Both the position numbers and the translations under genes were made by a program. The notes under the pieces were generated by a model. The model did not search any database and was not told the DNA's origin. It saw only the letters and a program-made list of their open reading frames with translations. A stretch of DNA of 63,703 bases, the filler included, from Folioceros fuciformis (lineage: Eukaryota), in assembly GCA_049999805.1 (NCBI GenBank). It is 5 parts of 5 records of this genome, joined end to end, with 100 filler letters (N's around TTAATTAATTAA, not from the genome) between each part and the next. Parts side by side here need not be neighbours in the genome. Positions count along the whole stretch, not along the records: positions 28,704 to 52,816 come from JBNGIO010006271.1; 4 more parts are not named here. One strand, written 5' to 3'. Within the stretch, counting starts at the first letter, position 1. Every line of letters begins with the position of its first letter. Shown one piece after another: positions 37,840 through 48,675 of this stretch.

Positions 37840-38420
37840 GATGTGGTACCATGAGGAGGCTACAAAGAAGCTACCCAGTAACAGTGAATATTGTTGTTCT
37901 TCCAAGAACACCAACATTCACTATTGTTGCTCGTCTCTCTATTCTTTGCTTACATCCCACTTACTCAACTTTGGTCAATCTTCATGCTTAAATTGGCATG
38001 AAGCATGCAGTTGAGGTAGGCTGGTTGAAAGAATACAAGCTACACAAGCTTGGAAGTTACAATTGTTGTAAGCTTGTTGAAAGATACAAGTTGACAGAAA
38101 GTGCTCAAGTTGTGAGGTCAAGCAAGCTTGTTGAAAGAATACAAACTACTCAAAGGCTAGATTGATGCTTGGAAGTTGGAGCTGCTGCAGGTTTGTTGCA
38201 AGTGTGAGCTTGTTGGAAAATAGAGTTGCTAGAAGATAGTTGAAGTGTAGCTGAAGGTGTGAGTTCAGATGAGCTTGTTGGAGGATAGACAACACAAGTG
38301 AGGAGCTTATGGAGGAGCTTGAAATAGAGAATGTAGACCTCTTGTGCTAATCCCCTTTCGCCTCCTGTCGATCCTTTATGGATAAGGGAGTGGTATTAGT
38401 GGGGGCTAATCCTAGGCCTT
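37840..38420. mobile_element. Possible repeat/TE remnant with internal sub-repeats
   Basis: AT-rich, ORF-less, with three copies of gttgaaaga(a)tacaa (~38024, ~38077, ~38130). Confidence 0.35.
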
Positions 38421-39565
38421 AGGGTTGTACCCCCTCTTAGAATCAATAAAACATTCTTTGTTCCTTGCTAGAAATGAAAAGTTCATGTTTGGACAGCGGA
38501 ACGGAGGACTGAATTTGGTGGCAAGAAAGGAGGATGGATAGGCCCTGTCACTTCGTCTCATCGCGCTCCTTCGAATCAGGCACAACGATTGCTCCTGAAG
38601 ATTTAATAGGGATCCGAACATCCGTTGTTGAACAAGCACTAAGCCATGTGAAGCACTAGCTCGGGAGCATTTGATTCTTGCAAGGGTGCATGCTCCCCAC
38701 GTGCCTTTGCTAGGAATACAGGAGTGTAAGTTTCATACTCAAACCGGGTACAGTCGAAATCTTCCCAAGAAACAGTTGAGGCACGACAGAACTGTTCCAT
38801 GGACAGGCTCCAGTTACCCCACAAGCTTCACAGGACCTCATGCTGCAAGTGGCTGTGAACCAGAAACTGCCACATCCAAAACGGTCCCACTTTCCAGCTC
38901 TTGCTCACGTCCTCGTTTGAAATGCATCATGCCAGCCATCCCCGTTTACAGCCCTATTCCTGCAGATCAAACAAGCGACCGGGACGAGACGGAGCGCTTC
39001 CTGTTGCAGAAGAGCTCGAGAAATTGAAACACACAATTCTGCAGTATTGCCAGAATCACTTGGGAGTACACGCTCTCCACGAAATTGTGCTTCAGAAGTT
39101 ATTCGCCTGAGAAAAGCTTACAACGGTTGTCATCGCCTGACTGGACGCAGGACGCGTCTCAACATCACGGCACTACGAATTCGAGTTTCAAACACAACAG
39201 CACCAAAGAGAGCATCCAGACAGTGCAGTGAATATGTTGCCCTCAGCGCAGATTTTAGGGTTTACAGTTAGGTGAAAGGAGACGGACAAGGCAGAACAAA
39301 GTAGCCGAGTTCATCACAACCCACAGTGGGTACTCCGATAATTAGGGACAAGATGATTAGTTAAGTGTGGAGCCGACCGGCCACCCGCCTAGCCAATCAA
39401 CTCACGGGACGTGAGTTTGGCGTTTACCTGCTGACAGAAGTAACCGTGGAGGACGAACATGCTAGCAGAAGACATGATGTTTGGACTGTTGTAGTTGTGG
39501 GACCTGCTGAATTGGAAACCAGACAATCAGAAGCATTACAAAGCAAACATCCTGGGGCACGAAAC

Positions 39566-42500
39566 TCATTCCCCCCACTCGTCGTCATCGCTTAGCTCTG
39601 CATTCTTCCGTGCAATGTACGCATGTAGCTTTGTAATCTGGATCCACACAGGGAAGAATTTCAACAGTTTGAGACAACAAACGTCGACACTAGAGATCTG
39701 AGTTTGATGACGTTGCTCACCGGAAGAGTGAAAGTTCCACTGTGGGTCGATGTGTCCCCCATCAATGCCAAGGTACAGGTTGTGTTATTCAAAGGATGTT
39801 GAATGCAATCTACAGTCATCCAAGAGCAGTCCAGTTCCAAAGGTAGTGACGATCAAACCTGCCGGCTTCACTTGACGTCCTGGGTTCCACTGAGCTGTCT
39901 TCTTGGAGTGCCTTGATAAGAGGCTACACAGAGAGGGCATTAGAAGTTATACCTGGCTTGCACACGACGTCTTCAGTTGTTCAGCTATTTCTACAGGCAA
40001 TCCAGTTGAAGATCTATGTCATGATTAGATACCTTCTCATGGCTGGCACCTTTCATTGCCAGCCTTCGCATTGTCAAGCTGGAAGCCATCTCTGCGAGGA
40101 CATCGATTTGCTGCGAAGGACATGTGAACAGCATTAGTTGGCCAGACTGGTTGATCATCAACACGAGCTGCCATAGAATGGTGTCCAGAATGATAACCTG
40201 AGTCTTAGATGATGAAGGGCCTTCCTTGTCTGAAGCTCGGGACCCTGAGCTTTGGATGGTTGATGTCACAAGCTTCTCTAAAGAGGCTGATAAATCCTTT
40301 GTGGGTGCAGTCTGTAAAGCTCAGCGACAAATTAGACCAACAAGGAACTCAACAGATTCTGTCTTTCATTCACGTAGTAATGAGATGTACCTTACGCAGC
40401 TTGATGCCAGGTGAGCGGATTGAAGCCATGAGCGCTGCACGCTGAGTATCTGCAAGTCCATGCAGCCTTGATTTACCTGGAGTTGGCTGCAAGTTGTGCA
40501 TCCTAGACAGCAAATGCCAGAGAAGCTCCAACTCTTACCAAGTGCAGGTAGCACAGGAGCTGAAGCCAAAGCGCTCTCAGATTGTCTGGACTTCCCTGGC
40601 GTGAGCACCCGTCTGCTAGGATGGCCAGTTTCTGGCAGAGTATCAGAGCTACCGGCTTTGTCAGCTGGTTTTAAAGGGGATGACTGGACCGATAAGGGAG
40701 GCAAGGGAGGAGGCAAGGGAGGTGGAGGAGGTGGAGCTAGCTGAACTTTCTCCTGCTGCCCATTCTCTTGCTGGTGTGATACTTTGTCCTCTGACTGTCG
40801 TGCAAATAAATCCTCAGCTGCTTAGACACAAGCAGATCAGTGCTGAGGACATGCATTGCCGCAACACACGCAGAAGCTTATTATGAATTCAGAATTTATC
40901 GATTGCTGCTCACATCTAGGAGCACTGGTTCCTCGTTGTGGATCCAGGGGTTTGACAGGCCCGGCTGGACCCCTTGACGCAGTCCTGAATGATCTGGATG
41001 ATGTTGTAACAAAGCTTTTCATTGAACCTGCAACACCCTTGTTATTCTCAGGGCTGCCAGAAACACCAATGACCAATAGCAAGGGCCCAGAAACCAAAAC
41101 CCATCAGGTACCAGCTTTTTTGGGTGAGGAACCACTGTGTGCTGCCGATGGCGCTATCGAGGGAACGTCATCCATCCCACTTTGAGAACCTGGTTGAAGC
41201 ACTCATTGATGTCAAGAATCGCATTGCGTGTCTATCGTTTGCATTCATCTGCATCTGCAGAGACCAGGGACGCATCGTACCAGTCCAACTTATGTCTGCG
41301 ACCATCGGCAGGTCAGGCAGAATGGGAGGAAGGGTGAAAGACGGAACCTGCCGAACAGTGGGCTTGAAGCCATACTGATCCATCCCAGCTGCATGCTGCA
41401 AAAGCGTTGTCCTGAATGATTCTCTGACCATTACCACTGCCGCCACTGCGGTTGCTGACCAAGGCCGAAAAACAAAACACAAACTGATTGCATGCACCAG
41501 CAGAGCTAGCATACTTACCATGGAGCCTCCATGAAGAACACTTTGAGGAGGAGCTGGTAAGGCTGGTTGGCTTTGAGTCTCCTCATGAAGCGGCTGGTCT
41601 GCACCAGCGAGGTTGTCCACCACCCTGTACCTGAATCATTCGACACGCAGAATGAGAACCATCTATGAATCCAACGCTAACCACAAATTTCCAGTAGTTC
41701 TACGCACTTGTGATAAGGCAGCTCGGTGGAGTTGAACAGCATGATATCTGCCACCGACTTAACATGGGGCGGTACTCCACCAATTCCTTCCTGATGAGGT
41801 AAAGCAGCCATTGAGCACAAAAATTTTAGGTCCTGAAAAGCTACAGTCCACGCCCTTCGACTGTTACCTTCGGTTTCCGGTAGGTCGGCCAACACTCATG
41901 ACTAGTCTCCAAGAAAAACCGAAAGAGCTCTAGAGCACCCTGATCTCCGTTTTCCTGGAACATCCACAGCATCGTCCGTTGTCATGTTGCCCAACATAAA
42001 ATACAAGCAAAACAGACATCCAACATGAATGGCTATGTGCAAAGGTACCTGCCCTGATCCCGGCGTCAAATTCATGCTGACAGCAGGCAGCATTTTGTGA
42101 TCACCTGCTTTGTTTCCACCAAACAAGGGAGCAAAATCTGCCTGCTCCGGAGCAACAGCAGGGTACTTGGCACTTGAAAACATGGTTATAGCCCGCTTGC
42201 TCCCAGCAATCGTGTCCAACTTGCTCTGCCACCACCAAAGGCACCTTCAACGCACGTTCCTGAAACCAATGAAGATGCCATGAACCCAGAATTTCGTTTC
42301 CCTGCAAGAATTACCCGGGCTGCTTTAATTCTTCTCGACACTTTCTTCACAGCATGTTGCTCTGCGACAACCTGCACCACATCCCCTCATTCCATCAGCA
42401 TGCCACAAACAAGACACAGCTCTTCTCCAATATGGGCACCCCTCCTCCACCGCCACACAATCTCAACTACCCGCTCCTACATCTCCTGCGACAATGCATC

Positions 42501-42620
42501 TCCCGCCCTACAACACACCCCCGATCTTACCCTGTCAGTGATAACATCGAAGATAGTATCTGCAGCATTCTGCAGCTCCAGCAGACTCTGGCAGAGCTGT
42601 TTATACGAATCCGACTGCAT
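39566..42620 (-). CDS. WASH1: WASH complex subunit 1 (WASH1/WASHC1) homologue, Arp2/3 nucleation-promoting factor; multi-exon, start approximate
   Basis: WAHD motifs LQNAADTIFDVITDR, IAGSKRAITMFSSAKYPA, EGIGGVPPHVKSVADIMLFNSTELPY|YRVVDNL and VPSFTLPPILPDLPMVA. Then a polyproline tract, WH2-like RAALMASIRSPGIKLRK, C region DVLAEMASSLTMRRLAMKG and acidic end LSDDDEWGE*. Confidence 0.85.
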
Positions 42621-42928
42621 CTTGCTCCCAGAATTCCAGACCTTGCCCCAGTTTCTTCAGCAAATCTTGCGCAGATGAGCCCTAGACAACATCCCTTTCG
42701 CTTTCCCCATCCAGGAAGTCTTCGAATCGGGTACAGATATATACATATCTCGACCGCACATCTGCCATGCCCCACGTTGCCCGTTTCCAAAGTAGGTGCC
42801 TGGATACATACTCGGCCAGTCACAGCAGCGTGAAGTGCAAATACGACAAGGCAGTTTTGCCGTGCGGCGAAAGGTCGTCTCGTATACCACTCGCCTACGG
42901 ATAACAAGAGGCAGAAGATCTTGTGGCC

Positions 42929-45009
42929 ATGGCGTCCGGCGCTGCTCGAGCAGCGTCTTCTTCCCTGTTCGTCTGGCATTCTTACCTCGGACGAGTTGCC
43001 AGCACCTCCGTCGCCACTTCCACCCGTTACGCTTCCGTTCGCGGCTTCGCCAGCCGCAATTCCGTGACTCTGGTGTTCAGAGAAGGCTTGAGCCATGGCA
43101 GGAGCTCCACTCGGGTGCAATCAGGTTCCACCTGGTAGCCTCTCTCCTGAAGTCACAGGTGTATGGTGGGATTTGTGAGCTTCTGGTTTTTCTTCTGTCG
43201 ATCCTCATTTTTTTTGTGTGTGAACTTTGGTGAGCAGGGGTGAGATTTGAGTGCATGCATGTGGGGGTGTCGCTCTGTGCTTGTGTGATGAGAACTGTGT
43301 GGAGGAATCAAAGATCCTTGCTTCTTTGTTTCCCGTGTGTATTGGTGGCGCGGCGTTGAGTTTTATTTAGGTTTCAGATTCCAGTTCAAGCTTTGTGAAT
43401 CCTGCCGCCTGGTGGCAAGCAATGTGGATGTTCCTTCTGAATTCTTCTTGAATTCCAAAAATTAATGTAGGAACTCGAGCGTGTACGACACGAGAATGGT
43501 ATGGAAGTTTGCAGGTTCGAGACTGAGCGACTGGCTTGGTTGTGTAGGAGGACAGCAAGCTGTTCCTACTCATCAGGAGCTGAACCAGTTTCCGTCGCTG
43601 CTCCAATTGATGTGGAGGCAGAAGTGAAGACACAAAAGGTGCGTTTTGCATCATCTCGTGTTTCCACGGCAAATGATTTGGCTTCCAGTAGGTTTGATGT
43701 CACTATGAAAGAGGACGAAGAAGAAAATCTCTGAAGTTCATCGTCTTTGGCTACCTCTAGAGATATAGCGGCAACTTTAGGAAATTTGCTGCACTCGATG
43801 TAAAGTACAGGACAGATGAAGAAGCGAAGCTTCATTGTGTTTTAATCTGCTTGCCATTGCAGATTTTGGTGTTGGGAGGTAATGGTTTCGTCGGCTCCCG
43901 GGTGAGCAGGGTCGGAATTGAGCAGGGCTTTGACGTAGTGAGCCTGAACAGGTACACTACGTTTGAGCGCAATGATATACATTTATTGCCTGCGCCTGCC
44001 CACACGGCCCCACAAGACGTGGTTTTGGAACGTGCAGATCTGGGCGGCCCGGGTATACTGAACCATGGGTGGAGCAAGTGTCGTGGGTGTCAGGCAAGTC
44101 GTCACCTCCTTTTAGTGTCTTGAATCACTCATCGCTGCATGTCGCACCTCCCGGTCGGCATGTCAAGGCTTGCCACACCATCTGTTGTGAAATATAGATC
44201 GAAGGAGTTTGGTAGGGTTTGTTTTCCATCACACTGACGGCACTGAAATATGTCTGGACTGTTGGTTACCGTGCAGGGGATGCCTTCAATGTTAAGTGGG
44301 ATGAGCTTCTCCAAGGCGTGACTGGAGTGATCTCATGTATTGGCGGTTTCGGTTCCAATGAGCAAATGGAGAGAATCAATGGTGATGCAAACATTGCTGC
44401 AGTTGAGGCTGCAAGCAAGGCAGGTGAGGACCTTACTCCTCAGTGATGCAAGAATTCCAGGTCGGTGAAAAGCGTAGATTGATTCTCGGTATGAACCTGT
44501 CAACAGGTGTGGCAAAATTTGTCTATGTCTCTGTCCACCGCTATAATCTGCCGGAGTTTGCTCTCAATAACGGTTACTTCAAGGGGAAAAGAAGAACCGA
44601 GGAAGCCATCCTTTCCAAGTTCCCCGGAAACGGTGAGTTTGCCCGGCTGAATTGACATCCACGTGTGCGTGGACAGAACGTGCGCATCTCGGGTTCTGAG
44701 GTCACCCCTGATGTTGTCTGTTGTCCTGGGCCAGGAGTCATCCTTCAACCAGGTTTCATCTACGGCAAGAGGCGGGTAAACGGTGTGGACATCCCCCTCA
44801 ACCTCATTGGTGGGCCGCTTGAAAGGTTGCTGGATAGCACCGAGAAGTTTCTGAAGCCTCTCTCTTCCATACCTGGCTCGGACCTGTTGCTAGCCCCTCC
44901 CATCAGTGTGGATGAGGTAGCGAAGGCAGCTATCAAATCCATCCTGGACGACACCCTCTTCGGCCTCATCGACATCGCCCAAATCAAGGTGGTTGCCGCC
45001 AGTCTGTAG
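42929..45009 (+). CDS. NAD(P)-binding Rossmann-fold protein, At1g32220-like, with a likely transit peptide; multi-exon
   Basis: Ser/Ala-rich N-terminus, ILVLGGNGFVGS, GDAFNVKWDELL, IGGFGSNEQMERINGDAN, GYFKGKRRTE, PGFIYGKRRVNGVDIPL, LAPPISVDEVA. Confidence 0.88.
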
Positions 45010-47106
45010 TGTTCTTTGTGCTTCTTCCTGGCAGAGAAGCCGTGTCTCCTCCTCAAGCTGTCTGTGAACGCCGTCCTCCCGGCCACCTTGCCAACTTTCC
45101 AGCAGTTCCTCGGTTTTCAAATACTGCGCTCGGCAGTAGCAGAGAAGCTCCTGCTGGAGCCGGTGGTGTCTGGAGGATGCCCGGGAAGCTTTCTTCGGTC
45201 AGATTGTGGCGTGCTAGCAGATGCTTTGGGGGCTGCTCAGGAATGGTATGATGGCACGAATGGACATGCACACCCCGCAATTATGAGTGGCATGGTTGGA
45301 TGGCATAGTGCCAGATATTTTGCGGTCGTCCGTGCGCGCATTGTGTTGTATGTCGTGATGAGAGTCTCGTAATCGTAGCGACACTTCAGTAGTACTCCGG
45401 GTGTCGTTGTCCCTTGTCCCTTGTTCTGGGCCATGAGTCACGTCGAAGGAGGGTAAACAGTGTGAAAAGCCCTGAATTGCTGAGGGACGTCGCCGTGAAG
45501 GTGAAATCTGTCTCTTCCGGATCGTTGCCATTCCCTCGCCTCGCTCAGTCCTGGCGAATAAGCTGGCCCTTGTCTCTCAATTTGTTGCGTGCATCGTTCG
45601 ACAACAACCTCGCCAGGTCTCTGTTCCCCGCCTGGTTCTCAACAATTTGAGCACGCAATGGTGTACTAGTGGACTAAGTATGTCATTGAAGGCGTAAAAG
45701 TGTGGTAAAAGTTGGACGAATATAGCATACCGAAACCAGGCTAGAATTTCGAGCCACATGACCCACGATCCCAGTTTAATTATATACATAGGTACCTGCA
45801 TGCAAGGCAAGGCAAGGCGGAAGGCAAGGATGTGCAACTGAGCATCATAGGCCGCGTGGACGGATGAAAACTTGTAAGCGTTTTTACCAACAGCGATGGC
45901 GTGCGGCCAACATTCCCTCAAAACATTCTTCAACAAACATGAAATTACCTGCCCCAGTGGCACCGCCACCTCCCTTCCATGCATCTCGTGTATGAAATCT
46001 TGCAACAGTCCCAGTAAATGAACATAGCTGTTGATCGGCTCGCGATAAAATAATGGGCTCACATTTTAAGGGAATCTGGACCGAGTAAGGGTCGGGGGTG
46101 GGACTGCTTGACACAGGAAACTGGAGCCCAGTAGAATTGAGGTTGAAAGGCCAAGCGTCCATGTTGCCGGAGGACGCAGGCCTCCAATATCCAACTTTTC
46201 CAAGATAAGCCTTTCCCTTGCCTGCACTCCACCGCCATCCTAGTTGCTTGCATCACATTGTTTCAATTTCCGCCGCCCATGCAAATATGCCGTCATAGTA
46301 TAAGATCGCATGGCATCCGATTCCCAAAGCAACGGAATGAAACGTGGCACGGGTCATGAAACCTGAGGATGCACCTGGTCCGGAGAGACGTCCACTGATT
46401 TCACCACGGCAAACCGGATTATTCGGGACTTCTCGTCCCACTCAAAATCACCGTCCTGGTCTTTCTTTGGCCTCCCTAAGTTCCCGCAGGACCTGCATGT
46501 GCCGGGGTCCAGAATGGTGGAATCCGGAAGCGTAAAGTTCTGTGCCACAGAATTGAATCCGATTTTCCGGTCAGGTAAGAGATGCATCCCGGGCAGGGCA
46601 GGGCAGGGCAGCGCGGCTTCCCAAGTGCAGTACTGCTACCCTCGGGCGATGATTCCAGACGCTAGAGAGGGGCAAACGCTCTCTGGCTCGGTCTTCACTG
46701 GCCAGGATGCCAGTTTGCCAGCCCAGACTGTACTCTCGGCACATCATTTGTGCGGGAAGCATATGGCTCGGCTGCCTGCCATATGGCACGGACTCTCAGG
46801 GTAAAAGCAATACGTTACCAGGTAGCACCTAGGCAGAAAAAATTCTGTTCGCGTCAGGAAGAAGCGCCTGCAAGTGCCATATCCACATTCGTGTCCACAC
46901 ACGATGAAAGCCAAAATACAACGAGCTCCACGAGCAACGAATCCATCAGCTTGGAAACGCGTAGACTATCCTCTTCCCTTGCGGAGCGAGTGGGATAGAG
47001 AGAAAACCCTAGGTCTGGAGTACGAAACCAAACAGGCCGCGGGGCAAGCATGTCACGGAAATTGACAGCAAACGGCAACAGGATTTGCCCGGGGGAGGTA
47101 GATCCA

Positions 47107-47200
47107 TCCTGACCCGACCTGACCTGACTGACTGACCTACTCTACCCTGCCCCGGGCTGCCCCGTGCTGCCCCGCGCTGCCCTGTCCTGCCCTGCCCTCG
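47107..47200. repeat. Low-complexity (CCTGA/CTGA)n and (CCCTG)n-like runs
   Basis: Directly visible. Confidence 0.7.
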
Positions 47201-47654
47201 CCTACTGGCCTGCTGCCGAGTTACTGCTGATGAGCCGTAGCCAGTACACACCTAACTGCATTCATCCATCTCGCATTTCGCTGGAAAGCTCGAAAACGCA
47301 GCAATGAACGGCATGAACTCGCAAATCAATGTCTTGATCGCATCGGTACACCCGATGGCACAGCAGCGGACACAGCAGACACACAGAAGCATCAAGGTCC
47401 TGGAAGGCGCTCCCGAGTGCCTGCTTCCTGCAACTCCTCCCACCTACTCCGCTCAGAGACATCCCGCGTGAGACGTGACCAGAGACGAGGCGAGACAAGA
47501 CGCGGGAGACGCGATTCGCGTTTCGACCGGCCAACTGCGACGGGCGGGCGCACCTGTCAAGCATCCGGTCGTAGCGAGGCGGTCGCTGCCGTCCGAAGGC
47601 AATAGTACGGTCCGCGCACAGTGTTGCTAATTAAAGACTACGGCCAGGTCGGAC

Positions 47655-48020
47655 GACGCTGACGTGGTGGGATCCGGTGCAACGTGGCATCCACATGACG
47701 TGGAACGGAACTAAGGTTAAACTGAAGTAAGAGGCCCACTTGGGCGCCGATTGTCGCGGTTATTTTAAGCGGAGTCGTTTTACCCGGCGAGACAGTCGTA
47801 CGAGGCGGAGTGAAAACGCGGAGAAAGGCCCCGTCACCGCCAGCATAGGCTGCCCATTGCCCGAGCCGGGCTGGCCGGGCTGCCCGGTCAGCCCGAGCCT
47901 AGCTGCCCTGCCCGAGCCTCTGCCCGCGCTGCCCGAGCCTGCAAGGCGTTTCCCTTGCAGAGGACACTGCGAGCTCGGTGCTCGCACCAGCCACCAGCAG
48001 CGAGAAGGGCTATATAAGCG
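47655..48020 (+). promoter_or_regulatory. Putative PCK promoter: cluster of three ACGT-core G-box/ABRE-like sites and a TATA box
   Basis: TGACGTGG (~47660), CAACGTGGC (~47679), TGACGTGG (~47696), TATATAAG (48011). A probable 5'UTR intron follows, ending near 48648. Confidence 0.55.
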
Positions 48021-48675
48021 GGCCAAGGTGTTACATTCTTCTCTCGTCTTCGACCTCGGCGTGTTTGTGAGTTTGTGATCGCCTGCCTGCTAGGGGGCCT
48101 GGATCGTGTTCCGTTTCTGCCCGGAGTTCCAGTTCTGGGCGTCAGCCCGGCCTCCGACTTCGGTGTTAATTCCGCGTTCCAGTCGCTGATTTCACGGGGT
48201 CCCCAGTTTTTTTTTTTTTTTTTTTTTTTTTGCTGCAGATCCGGGGTTGGGCGGCGGCTTGGCTTTGGCTTCGGCTTCACCACCGTCTGGCCTTTTCCCG
48301 TCTGTCTCCCCACTCCGCTGTTGCGGGACTCGCCCCCGGCTCTGCTGATTCCCCGCACGCCTCTCGCTCTCCGTGTTGGTTCTGGATGAAGAAATAATTC
48401 CTGTGGGAGAGAGAGCCTCATTTCATGGTCTCTTGCGGGAGAGGGAGTAATTTTCAGGCCGGAGAAGTGAGTTGTCTGGCCAGTGAGCCGCCCGACACCA
48501 CCGTTTCTGCGTTTCCGTGCTTCAGGGCAGCTCCAGCGCTCGGTTAGTGTTGTGTTTTGCGCTTTTCTGCTTCTCGGTGATGGGTGGAATTGTGGGCTGC
48601 TTTCTGAAGCTTGAAGTTTTTGTGGGTTGGCAATGGGGTGTTTCACAGGTGCCAGTATTTCTCGGAGCAGCGAGA

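Noticed and set aside
38590-39270. Short ORFs between CUL1 and the WASH1 3' end
   Set aside because: No recognisable motifs or coherent exon chain could be supported.
47888-48646. 252-aa minus-strand ORF with poly-Lys
   Set aside because: It overlaps the PCK promoter and 5'UTR intron, and the poly-Lys derives from a poly-T tract.
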